Below are positions 1 through 11,700 of a DNA stretch of 64,000 bases, piece after piece (the stretch's first letter is position 1; every line of letters starts with the position of its first letter). Below the pieces are notes generated by a model. It did no database searches. It was not told the origin of the DNA and saw only the letters and a program-made list of their open reading frames with translations. Source of the DNA: Ginglymostoma cirratum (taxonomy: Eukaryota). The stretch lies in contig JAHRHZ010000022.1 in assembly GCA_024137785.1 (NCBI GenBank), positions 27,704,377 to 27,768,376 on the forward strand. The letters are read 5' to 3'. Made by a program: the position numbers and the translations under genes.

Positions 1-98
1 GCTTTCCTGCTCCTATGATGCTGCTCGGCCTGCTGTGTTCATCCAGCTCCACACCTTGTTATCTCAGATTCTCCAGCATCTGCAGTTCCTATTATCTC
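1..98 (+). mobile_element. Penelope-like-derived short repeat, family 1 (cut by the window edge)
   Basis: Near-identical to about 22124-22223 and related to 31520-31620 (-). Confidence 0.7.
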
Positions 99-2105
99 CA
101 GGGGATTCATTAGTTAGGGAAACAGACAGGTGTTTCTGTGGTTGTCAACGAACTCAGGATGGTACGTTGCCTCCCTGGAGCCAGGGTCAAGAATGTCAGA
201 AAAACTGCAGGCCATTCTTATGGAGTAAGGTGAACAGCCACAGGCATAGTCCAGTTGGTGCCAATGGCTGTTATGGGAAGGGGGATGTGGTCCTGCAATC
301 AGAATCTAGGGAGTTAGGTAGAAAGTTAGCAAACACAACCTCAAATGCAGTAATCTCCAGATTACGCCCAGCGCCACATGCAGGTAAGTACAGAAATAGG
401 ATGATAAGGTGGATGAATCAGTGGATGGAAGGAGGGCTTCAGGTTCCTGGGATAGGCTCTGGGGACGATGGACGAAGACGGATTGCTTGCACCTAAGCAG
501 AGTTGGGATGGAGTTCCTTGCAGGGCATTTTACTCGTGCCGTTAGGAGGACTTCATGCCAATGTGGCAAAGGTTCAGGGGCCAAGAGGGAACAGTAGTGG
601 AGAATGACATGGTTTACAAAATACTTGAGAGTACACCAGGCAACAGCATAGAGAATGGCGAGTTAATAGGTGAAGTCGGTGTAAGGGAGAGAGAAATAAA
701 GTTCAAAACAGAGTTAGCATGCATGTATGTAAATACAGAGTATAGAAAGTAAGGTTGGTGATTACAGGCGCAGATTACCACATGGAAGCATGATACGTGG
801 CGAGAACAGGGGCCTAGCTGAAAGAAGAGCAGGACCAGCTGTTAAATATTCTTGGATACAAGTTGTTCGGAAAGGTAAAAAAGAAAGAAGGGAAAGGAAG
901 AGTATCAGTATTAGTTGAGTGCATTGCAGTGCTGGAAATAGAAAACATCTCACTGGATTCAAGGACAGAATTAACTTGGCTACAGCTAAGCAATTTAAAA
1001 AGAAAGCACAATTACATCGCTCGGTGTAGTCTACTGACCACCAACTCAAGGAACAGATGTACAGACGCAAATCTGCAAGAAAATTACAGGAAAAAAAAAA
1101 GACAACATTGTAGTTATAATGGGAGACTTCAATGACCCAAATATATAGAGTGGGATACTGGTAGTATAAGGGGCAGATGTCCTGAGAATTGGTTCAAAAA
1201 GAGTTCCCATGACAGCATGCGTCCAGTCCAACAAGAAAGGATGCACCATTGTACCTGGTCCTTGGCCAAGTGAATGAACCATCAGTTCAGGACTATTTAG
1301 GAAGCAGTGATCATTGTATCATAAGGTTCATGATGGATGAAGAAAATGTTGTGAAACAATCTAGAGTAAAACCAATTGGCGGAGAGCTGATTTCAAAAGA
1401 GTAAGAGCAGACCTGGGTAGGACTGATCAGAACAAGGAGGCAGGTAGGAGAAACAGTAACTGAACAACTGGCTACTTTCAAAGAGGAAGTGGTTCAGCAC
1501 AGCAAAAGGAACATCCTACAAATGGGATAAAGATAGGACAAACAAATCCAAAGTTCCCTGGTTAACAAATGAAAGAAATTAACATTAGAAAGAAAAAAAG
1601 TACTTGTGACAGTGTAAGGCAGAGAATATAATTGAGAGCAAAGAGGAATACCAAAGGTTCACAGTGGAGGTGAAAAAGTAAAGAGAAGCAATGAGAAATT
1701 ATATGAAGACTAGAAGCTAACAAACAGGGGAATCCTAAAGTCTTCCAAAGGTATCTAAATAGTAAATAATGGTAGTAAAAGGAGGAGTAGGGCCAGAGAC
1801 TGAAAAGGATTTACACATGGAGGCAGAGGATTTAAAGACACATGCAAAAGAAGCAACGATGTGAGAAAAAAATTTCAACACTCAGCAAGAAGTTAGGATA
1901 TTGATTGCACTGCCTGAAAGGATGGTGGAGGCAGGTTCAATTGAAACACTCAAGAGGCCATTAGATGATAATTTGGATCAAAATAATATGCAAGGGTTTG
2001 GGGGAAAAGCAGTAAGTTGGCTCTAGGTAATAATGCTCTTTGAAGCACTGGTATAGGCACAATGGACCAAATAACCACCTGTGCTGCAACAAATTCTGTC
2101 AATTG
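99..2105 (+). mobile_element. Decayed CR1-type LINE (ORF1 SGNH esterase, APE endonuclease remnants, 3' end)
   Basis: GDSLVRETDR esterase motif at about 101; MGDFN at about 1119; LGSSDH at about 1297; frameshifted. Confidence 0.75.
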
Positions 2106-2109
2106 GATC

Positions 2110-2570
2110 ACAAAATTGGTGATAATTGTACTATTCAATGACTTAACAGAGGGGAGCAAAGGCATGGCAGCTCAACTTGCAGACAGCACTGAGATTGTTT
2201 GCAAAGTTTGGTGTGAAGACATAAGGAGGTTGCAAAGAAATAAAAATAGGTTAAGTTAGTGCGCAAAAATCTGGTGGATGAAGTATAATATGGGAAAATG
2301 TGAAGTTGTTCACTTTGGCAAGAAGAATGAAAAAAAGAGTATTACTAAACGAAAAATGACTGCAGAATTGAAGTGCAGATGGGTTTTGGTTTTGAGTGCA
2401 CAAGTTTCACAAAGCATCAGTATGTCATGGACACGACTCTTCATTACGAGAGTATTTCAGTTAAAAGTGAGGAGGTCATGCTTCAGTTATTGAGGGCATT
2501 GGTGAGACTGCATCTCAAATACACTGCAGTTTTGGTCTCTTCATTTAAAAAGGATCTAAATGCATTGACC
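2110..2570 (+). mobile_element. CR1 LINE RT C-terminal fragment
   Basis: NMGKCEVVHFGKKN and LVRLHLKY motifs. Confidence 0.75.
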
Positions 2571-3179
2571 ATAAGACATAGCAACGTAAGCAGGCCATTC
2601 AGCCAGTTATAATTACTCCTCTGAAAGTGAACAACCTCACATTTTACCACATTGTACTCCATCTGCCAAATTTTTGCCCACTCATCACCTGTCCATATCC
2701 TTCTGGCGATTCTGTAACCTTCTCAAGTGGAATAGCAAGATTCCTTAAATTTAAACCATTTCACCCACTCCCCCCCCCCCCGCCCCACAAAGACTTCCAG
2801 TCTCCTCTGGGAGATAGACACCACATAGGACGTCTGAGAAGGTCTCTAGAGTTCATCAAAAAAAAAACTTAGCAATGAACTTAGACAGTTGACTGACTGT
2901 GAAAGTACAAGCACCTTTGGAAATTGGAGTTCATTCCAGAAAAGGAGTGAAATTTCACAGCTGTCTTTGGAGAGACCTCATTAGAATTGGTCACAGTTGG
3001 GAATGTCAGGATTTCATTGATCAGCTAAGTGTTTGTTTTTAAAACTTATAAATCTTGATTTTTAGTGAGTAGGGTGACATTTTTAATGTTTTGCTGAGAT
3101 CTGTCTCAATTAATTTTTTTTTGATATAAAACATAGGTATTAATTTATCCTAGAGCAGCAAGACTGCTATTTTCTGGTT

Positions 3180-4845
3180 CTGTAAATTAAGGCACAAAGA
3201 TGGCCTTGAGAAGAGTGATGCGCTCTTCCTGTCAGATGGGAGATCAGGGAGAATTTCAATGTCCCTGATGATAATGTCTGCAGGAAGTGTGCTTGGTTGC
3301 AAATCCCATCGGATCTCATGGACCATTTGGAGCAGCAGATACAATGAGGAATTTACAGGAACTGTTATGGATGGTAGTTTCAGGAAGGTGGAAAAAACAC
3401 AAATACAGTCAGGTAGAGAGAGAGATAACAAGGTATAGAGCTGGATGAACATGAATGCATTTCTGAAGAAGGGTCCAGACCCGAAACGTCAGCTTTCCTG
3501 CTCGGCCTGCTGTGTTCATCCAGTTCTACACCATGTTATCTCTAATACAGTCAGGTATATGGGTTACTTGTAGGAAAGGTGGGAGGGGTGAGCAGATAGT
3601 GGAGGAGTCTCCTGTGACTATCCCCATCTCAAACAAGTATGCTATTTTGGAAAATGCAGGGCATGATGGATTCTCAGGAGAATGCAGCACTGGCAGTCAG
3701 GTTTCCAGTACCAAGACTGGCTCTACTGTAAAGAGGTGTATGTCAGGTTCCAAGCCGTGACTGGGGTCTCTCTAGTCAGGGGCACAGACAGACATTTGTG
3801 GCCAACTGCAAGACATCAGAATAGTGTGTTGCCTCCCTAGTGTTTGGGTCAAGGAAATCTGAGAGGGTGTAGAATATTCTCAAAGGGGAGAGTGACCAGC
3901 AGGAAGTCAATGCACACATTTCAAGAGAAAGGGACAAGGTCATGAAGACAGAAATAGGAAATTAGGCAGGACGTTAGAAAGTAGCTCCTCAAGGGTACTA
4001 ATATCTGGATTACTCCCACTGCCACATGCTACTGAGAGTAGGAACAGGAGGATAGAGCAGATGAATGCATGGCTGAGAAGCTGGTACAGGGGGCAGAGAT
4101 GCATATTTTTGGATCATTGGAATCTCCTCTGGGGTGGAAGTGACTATTCTGAGGGTGGAGTCATAGATAAACGGGGTAGTAAACACTTGCTTTTATTGGT
4201 CAGTGCAATGAGTATGTAGGTGTTGGGATGACTTGTTGCAACTGCACAGGACTCAGGTTAGGCCGCCTCTGGAATACTGCATTCAATTCTGGTGTCCCTG
4301 CTACAAGAAAGATGTTGTTAAACTTGAAAGGGTGCAGAAAAGACTTATAGGGATGTTTCCAGGATTGGAGGGTTTGAGCTCTAGGGAGAAGCTGAACAGG
4401 CTGGGGCTATTTTCCCTGGAGCCCAGGAGGCCATGGGAGGAAACCTTACAGAGGTTTATAAAATCATGAGGAGCATGAATAGGGTGCACAGCCAAGGTCT
4501 TTTATCCCCAAGGTAGCAGAATCCAAAACTAGAGGGCATAGGTTTAAAGGCAAGTGGGGAAAGATATAAAAAGGGACATTAGGGGCAATGTTTTCACATG
4601 GAGAGTGGCGTGTGTATGGAATGAGCTGCCAGAGGTGGTGGTGGAGGAGGCTGGTACAAGTACAATTACAATTACAATTACAACATTTAAAAGGCATCTG
4701 GATGGGTACATGAATAGGAAAGATGTAGAGGGATACGGGCCAAATGTTGGCAGCTGCGACTTTAATAATTTAGAACATCTGCTCAGCATAGACAAGTTGC
4801 CATGAAGGGTCTGTTTTTGTGCGGTGCAACTCTATGACTCTATAC
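3180..4845 (+). mobile_element. CR1 LINE: ORF1 remnant joined to the ORF2 3' end and tail
   Basis: Cys-rich VCRKC, ESPVTIPISNKYAILE and SLVRGTDR, then VRPPLEYCIQFWCP...LERVQKR and a tail ACTCTATGACTCTAT. Confidence 0.8.
3416..3543 (+). mobile_element. Hammerhead-motif Penelope-like-derived element, family 1, with inverted arms and 14-bp TSD
   Basis: CTGAAGA-A-GGGTCCAGACCC-GAAACGTC (3463-3490); TSD AATACAGTCAGGTA at 3402-3415 and 3544-3557. Confidence 0.75.
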
Positions 4846-5079
4846 AAGGCTGTGGCATATTTATCCAAAGCCAAGCAATAGCCTTCTCATTTGCTAAGTT
4901 TAAAGGTGATTATTCTGTCACTTAGTCCGTAGCAGGGCATGTCCCGGAAGTGTGAAAAGACACGAGCAAGCAAAAGACACACACAAGGATACAGGGGCTT
5001 TGTGCCAAGGCTCCACAAATGGAAGATGGCTAAGGAGGAACACTTACTCATTCTAAATCTCAGCAGAATGCACTCTTGC

Positions 5080-6470
5080 TAAATCTATGCTGTCTCATTC
5101 CTTTTAGAAGTGGGAACAGTTTCTCGCTATTCAGCCTGCTCATGATTTTGAAAACTTCTATCAAATTTCCTCTCAGCTGTTTTCTCTCCAAGGAGAACAG
5201 TCCCAATTACTTAAATCTATCCTCAACAGAATTTTCTCAATTTCTCATTCTAGTAAATTGCTTCTGTACATTCTCCAATGCATTTTTCCTTTTATTGTAC
5301 CCAAAATTGTACACAATGCTCCAGCTGATTTCTACACTAAGTCTCTTATGCAAGTTCAACATCACAACTTTGCTGTTGAATTCTGTGCCCCATTAGTAAA
5401 GGCTTGGGCATTATGTTTATTAACTTCTCTTTCCATCTATCCTACCACCTTCAATGATCGGTGCACGATAATATCCAGGTCCCTCAGTTCCCTTAAAAAT
5501 GTATATAATCTTCCAGAGTTCTTCTGACCAGAGTGTATCACTTCACATTTTCTCTGCATTGAACGTCATCTGTCACCTATCCTACCACTGTATCAACTTG
5601 TCAATGTTCATTTGGAGTTCTGCACTATTTACAACTCTTACAAATTGTGTGTCAAGTGCAAAATTTTAAATTGTCCTTGCACACCAAGATCCAGATCATT
5701 GATATACATCAGGAAAGGCAAGGGCCCCATACTGACCCCTGGGGGGAACTACTACAAATTTTCCTCCCGCTTGAAAATATCCAGTGATCATTACTCTATT
5801 ACTTACCATGCAGCTAATTTTGAATCCACGTTGCTACTGCCCCTTTTATGCCATGACCTACAAAAAAACAAACTTTCTGAAAGTCTATTGTGTGACACAG
5901 TGCCACACATTCTGGAAATCTACATATATCACAGCAACATGACCTTCATTGAGCCTGAAATTTCTTCAAAGAAAATTCCAAGTTAGATGCACAATATCTC
6001 TTTTAGAAATCTATGCTGACTCTCTTCCTAATCAAACCATTCTTTCCCCGCCATGTAAATTTCACAACGAATTCTGTCCTGAATAATTAGTTCTAGATGT
6101 TTTCCCACCACTGAAGATAAACTGACTGGTCAGTAATAGCTGGGATTATTCTTACAAACTTTCTTGAACAATATTTGAAATTCTCCAGTTCTCCTGGTAC
6201 TGCCCAGAGTCCAGAGAAAACTGAAAAAATTATGGCCAGTGCCCCCACAATTTCTACACATTCTTTTAAAATCCTTAAATGCATCATATACAATCCCAGT
6301 GCCATATCAGGGTTTAAGTGCCCACAGTCTACCCAAGACTTCTTCCTGATTAATTCTGAACCCTTTAGTGACAGCTTCCTCTTCAATTTAAGCCCTGGGC
6401 AGCATCTCCCATTTTGTAAAGACAAACACCGGTTGTCACTTAACACCTCTGCTAAGCTTTCCATTTAACA
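5080..6470 (-). mobile_element. Decayed CR1 LINE ORF2 fragments
   Basis: Reverse-complement similarity to the CR1 RT/3' ends at 4233-4800 and 13527-14107. Confidence 0.65.
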
Positions 6471-7169
6471 GATCAGATTTTTCACAAGAAATTTGTCAGT
6501 CACTTCCCATGTTTCCCGTTCCTTGATCTAAATGATGTCTACTGGTATCTTGCTCAAAGTTAATCCCTATAGGGTGCCAAAATGGAGTGCAAGCAGTAGG
6601 GGGACCTGAACAGGTTACCTGCATTTGCAGCACAAATGAGAAACATTGCACTGTGTTTGAAACCAAAGGAGTAATGTTTCAGGAAGACAGACAACTTGAA
6701 AGGTGTTCAGCAGAGAATTCCAGATATGATACCATTGTTACATTCAATTGCGTGCCAGCGAGACATGTGAGCGAGAGATGACCTTTGCCAAATAGGGAAA
6801 GTACAGAAGTCAAGTGTGTTGTAGCAGTGGCCAATCCAGCAGTCTTCTTTTTTTCTGGCTTTGACCTTTATCCTTTCTAGGAACATTTGATGAAAAGTTT
6901 ATCTTGAATCACAACTCAATGTTGAGTTGAAATCAGGAGAGTTCAAGCTGATAATTCTTGCGGCAAACTAAGTCAGCTCAGCCTGAGCGCAGGAGCCAAG
7001 TCTGTCGAAAAATTTCTGGTTCTTGTCTTGTGCTGCTGCTTTGCCATATTTCAGGTCCTTAAATCACTTCTTCAATTGTATAATCTTGAAGAGATCAGGA
7101 CTGGCACATTCTGTGTGTTTCTTGCATTATTTTTCTCAGTTCAAAATAGGTAACATTTTAGTTTTCAAC

Positions 7170-8095
7170 TGTGTCCTCTTCAAGGTAAAATATGATCGAA
7201 TATGGCATCAAAGAGCCTGAACAAAATGGGAGGCAATGGGTATTGGGCAGAGTAGGGTATGGGATATAAATTCACCATTGGTTGGAATCATACCAAGCAT
7301 GAAGGAAGATAGCCATGGTTGGTGGAAGTCAATGATCTCAGTCCCAACAGTTCCTCAGAAGAGTTATTTTCTAATCAACGTGTTCTGAGATGTTACTACA
7401 CGCCTCTGGAGCAGGTGGCACTTGAACACAGGGCTCTTTGCTCAGAAGGAGGGGACACTACCACTGCATTTCAAGAGTCCTCAGCTCCTCCAGACAGTTT
7501 TCTAATCAACTTGTTCAGAGATGTGATGAAACACCCGAGACAGTTGCAACTTGAACCAAGAGTTCCTGCCTCAGAAGTCAGGGTAATGACTACTGTACCA
7601 CAAAAACCAGAAGGCACTGTAAATGGATGCCTTTTTAAAAAAATTCAACTTGTCCAGATGTGTAATGCATGAGACAGCTCTGAACAATTTCATAAAATCA
7701 ACTTGTTTAGAAACGTTATTAAATATCTCTGGAGCAGGTGGGATTCCAACCCGCACCTCTTGGTCTAGAAGTAGGAACACTAACATTGCACCACATGAAC
7801 CCTTAAGTTCCTCACGATATAGTGTCATAGGCCCAACAATTTTCAGCCGCTTTAATGTCTCTCCCTCTATCATACAGTCAGAGGTGGGAGTGCGCAATCA
7901 ACAATGTCCAGCAAAATTCACAACCCTTCAGATACCAGTGTAGGCTGTGTGTAAATACAGCAAGACCTGGACAACATTCAGACTTGTGTTGATAAGTAGC
8001 AAATTAACATTCACACCACACAAGTGCCAGGCAATGTCCGTCTCCAGCAAGAGAGAATCTAACCATCACCCCATGACATTCAGTGTCATTACCTA
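7170..8095 (+). mobile_element. CR1/L2-like LINE RT fragment interrupted by a SINE cluster
   Basis: The GVPQGSVLGP-type RT region is split at AGTTCCTCA; similar to 54790-55000. Confidence 0.65.
7358..7805 (-). mobile_element. Three tandem copies of a short (~110 bp) tRNA-derived SINE
   Basis: Units start near 7365, 7498 and 7694, each with A/B-box-like sequence on the minus strand; related copies at about 9752 (+), 31710 (-) and 36590 (-). Confidence 0.6.
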
Positions 8096-8507
8096 TTAGC
8101 GATGAGCAGTAAAAGCTGCTCCAATGTCATCTGTTTTTAAAAATCCTCTCAGCATCTCCCTGTCAAGCTCCGTCAAAATTTTACAGGTCCACATAATCAA
8201 CGTAAAAACACACACTAATCAATAGAAACATAATGCAGGAGGTATACACATCACGGTTATACTTTATTTGCAGCATAAACCACAAATTAAAATGCAATTT
8301 TGCCTTAAATAAAACTTACCAGGAGAGAGGTTCTCACTTGCACCCTCAACTGACTACTTGGACATTGTGGTATTTGAGGAGAAATTGACTCAATGGAAAC
8401 TACTGTTGATATTTCATGTGGCAATTCAAGTACATTTATGTTGAGGTAAATAAATTCAAACACTAAAAATTGGATAGAATAACATAGTAAACTTCGCAGT
8501 CCTTTAT

Positions 8508-8829
8508 CATAGAATCTGCACAGTATGGAAACAGGCCAATCAGCCCAACAAGTCCACAACACCCTCCGAACAGTATCCCACCCAGACCCATCCTCCCACC
8601 CCCTCCCCAAAATCCTGCATTTCCCATGGCTAATCCACCTAATTTACACCCCCCTGGACATTACGGGCAATTTAGCATGGCCAATCTACCTAACCTGCAT
8701 ATCTTTGTACTGTGGGAGGAAACTGGAGCACCCGGGGGAAACCCACGCAGTCACGGGGAGAACATGCAAACTCCACACAGTCACCCAAAGATGGAATCGA
8801 ATCCAGGTCACAGGTGCCACTGTGCCACC
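8508..8829 (-). mobile_element. HE1-type V-SINE (elasmobranch tRNA-derived SINE)
   Basis: Minus strand reads GGTGGCACAGTGG (A box), GGATTCGATTCC (B box), V-domain GTGTGGAGTTTGCATGTTCTCCCCGTG..., and a CR1-derived tail. Confidence 0.85.
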
Positions 8830-9134
8830 CAAAAAAAAAAGCAACTTGCTGACAGTCAATAAGAAATCATTAAAAAAAATTTAAAAATATTCAATTGCAA
8901 TTTCCCAACAACGCGTGCAAACCAGTACATTAGTAATTTTTGCTGGTTTACGATACGCCAGTTAAAACAAAGTTTTCTGTACATTGGAAGTATCTACCAA
9001 CTCTTATAATATGCGTGCTTTCACTCTACCTGTATGAAATAAATGAAGGCACCAGAGCTGTAGAAAAACAATAAAAGCATAATTGGAAACGTTAGTCCTT
9101 CCCAATTTGGATTGTATCAGTAATGAACATTATT

Positions 9135-10245
9135 TTAATTCATTCATGGAATGCAGGTATCACTGGCTGATCTAACATCTATTGTCTAGCACTATTTGCT
9201 CTTCAGAGGTGATGGGGAGCTGTCTTCTTGAACTACAGCAGACCATTTGATGTAGTCAGACGACCAATGCCATTAACAAGGGTGTTTCAGGATACTGACC
9301 CAGCAACTCTGAAGGAACGATATATTTCAAAGTCAGGATGGTGAGTAGATTGGGAAGGAACTTGCAGTGGTGGCAATCCTATGTATCTACACTGGTAGCC
9401 ATAGTATTTATACAACTAGTCCAGTTCAGCTTCTGGTCAATGGTAACACCTAAGATGTTGACAGTGGGAGAATTCAGTGATGGGTAGATTCTCTCTTGTT
9501 GGGAGATGGTCATGTCTAGCACATGTGTGATGCAAATGTTTCTTGTCATTTGTCAGCCCAAAGTTGAATATTGTCTGAGTCTGGCTGCATTTAGCCATGG
9601 ATTGCTTTCATGATTAAGTGTTGCAAATGATACTGAACATTTTGCAATCATCCACAAACACCCCCACTTCTGACCTTAAGATGGAGATGGTCATTGATGA
9701 AGTAGCTGAAGATGGCTGGACCTAGAACAACACCCTAAATAGCTTGAAGCACTCTTCTGGCCAATGGTAATGTCCCTACCTCTCAGCTAGGAGGGCCAGT
9801 TCAAGTCCCATCTCCTCCAGTATTTGTAATAACACCTCCAAACAAGAAAATATCTATTCAAAAAACTCCTGCAGAGATGTCGGATAGCTGAGATGATTGA
9901 CCAACAAACATAAGCATCTTCCTATGAACTAAGTTTGCCAGGATTCATGATGCCACACTCAGTCAAACTTGGCCTTAATGTCAAGGGCAGTTACACTCAC
10001 CTTGTATCTCAATTCAGCTCATTTGTCCATGTCTAGGTGAAGGGTACATTGAGGTCAGGAGCTGACTGGTCCTTACGGAATCCAAAGTGAGTATCAGCAA
10101 GCAAGTTATTGTTAAGCAAGTGTTGCTTGATAGCTTGGTGATGACACCTCCCATCATATCATTGATGATCAAGTGTACTGATAGGGCAATAATTGACAGG
10201 ATTGGTTTTGTTCTGCTTTTTGGGTGACTGGACAATTTACATCTG
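9135..10245 (-). mobile_element. CR1/L2-like LINE fragments with an inserted SINE at about 9752-9860 (+)
   Basis: Same family as 30940-31490 and 55000-55490; RT motif region on the minus strand. Confidence 0.65.
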
Positions 10246-10999
10246 GACTAAAATAAGGCACTAGGAATTGCAAACTCATCACTAACAAGAAAAGAAACGT
10301 GCTGACAGTCCTTAAGAAATCATTTTTTAAAAAATGAAAAATATTCATTTACAATTTCCCAATAGTACGTGCAAACCAGTAGATTAGTAAACTGTGGGGA
10401 CTGGGAGTATGTTGTCCATTTGACATCAGCATTACACACCTCAAACACAGCACGTTTAACAGCTTTTCACGTTCCAACTATATCGGATTACCTCAATGTT
10501 TTTTTAAAATGAACACATGCCGAATGACAAATCGCGAATGCAAGGAAAACTTTTTTTTGAGGGGAAGACAGTATGGAATAAGGTGACAGAATCTACGTCT
10601 CAGTTACTGTATGCTTTAAATTAAATAGTTACTTACCAGTCTTATCAAAGTTACCTGAAATCCAAAAATCTGTTAAATTTATAGGGTATGAGATGATAGG
10701 TTAGGGCACCGAAATAAGCTGGGGGTAGTTCCTCGGGAGGGGGGCGGGGAGGGGAGGGATAAGCAGCTAACAGTGAAATAAAGTACACCATTGCAGTGTA
10801 TCAGTATAAACACCACCAGTTCTATATTGATATACAGCGTATTTTCAAAAAGCAAGTCAACTTCTTTCATGGCTCATATTGAAATATTCAGAAATACACT
10901 AAATACAAAAATAGTTCGTTAAAACGAACTGTCACCCTACGCTTCAGATCTTAGCGTTCTTTAATGACTCTTAGCTGGCCAATAAAAGCAGTACCACAA

Positions 11000-11700
11000 C
11001 CACTTTTTACAAAAAGCCCGAAGAAAAACAACTTTAATCAGGAAATACCCACCGCCGTTTCAACGAACGCCATCTTATTTCTAAGGGAAATAAAAAAAAG
11101 CTCGAGCACTCGCCTCAATCTCGCGGTTTTTTGGCGGAGTGTCAGGGGGAGAGGAGGGAGGAAAAAACGAGGTGATTGACGGGAGGTGTGCGTCACTTCC
11201 GCAGCGTGAACACACTCGCGGTGATTGTGACATCGTCGCCCCTGCTACCAGTTGTGGGAGACCCCTGGCGTTATTGCGTTGGAGACGCCATTGTTGTGGC
11301 GGAGAGGTGGTGTCGGTTTGAAATTGTGGGACCTGCCTCAGATTTGACATTAGTGCCGGCCTTATGCATCAGTCTAGTACTTGAGTGATTATTTATTTTT
11401 TTTTAGTGTGGTGTAGTGATGACTGAGTGTTAGAAAGCTGCAGTGCGAAAATGTGTCTGAGAAACGCTGACGGGCCTATCGATTGGAGCTGAGCCTAGGA
11501 AGCCACCTGCCAGGAAACCGGCCCGTCTACTGTGCCGTCGGTTCGGAGCGCCGATTCTGCGTTCCTGCATCTTCACCTCCCTCCCTCCCCCCTCCCCCCC
11601 CCCACTTTCCCCAACTCCCCATTCCTCGCACCCTATCTCCTTTATTTCCTATTTACCCCCTCAGCGTTTCAAGCAATAAGACATGGATCACACTTGCTGC
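11000..11700 (+). promoter_or_regulatory. CpG-rich promoter / 5' region of RBBP6
   Basis: CpG density is far above the CpG-depleted flanks. Motifs: YY1 CGCCATCTT (11068-11076), TCTCGCG (11119-11125), overlapping CRE-half/ETS TGCGTCACTTCCGC (11189-11202), and a GC box GGGGCGGGG near 10741. The exact TSS cannot be determined. Confidence 0.75.

Noticed and set aside
35-496. ORFs containing (M/V)FIQL.TLLS-like peptides (also 3150-3452, 3512-3760, 22097-22309)
   Set aside because: The shared peptide comes from the short hammerhead-family repeat fused to CR1 remnants; it is not a gene family.
8760-8829. tRNA-like A/B boxes here and at about 7400, 9770 and 45790
   Set aside because: These are SINE heads; no cloverleaf could be formed.
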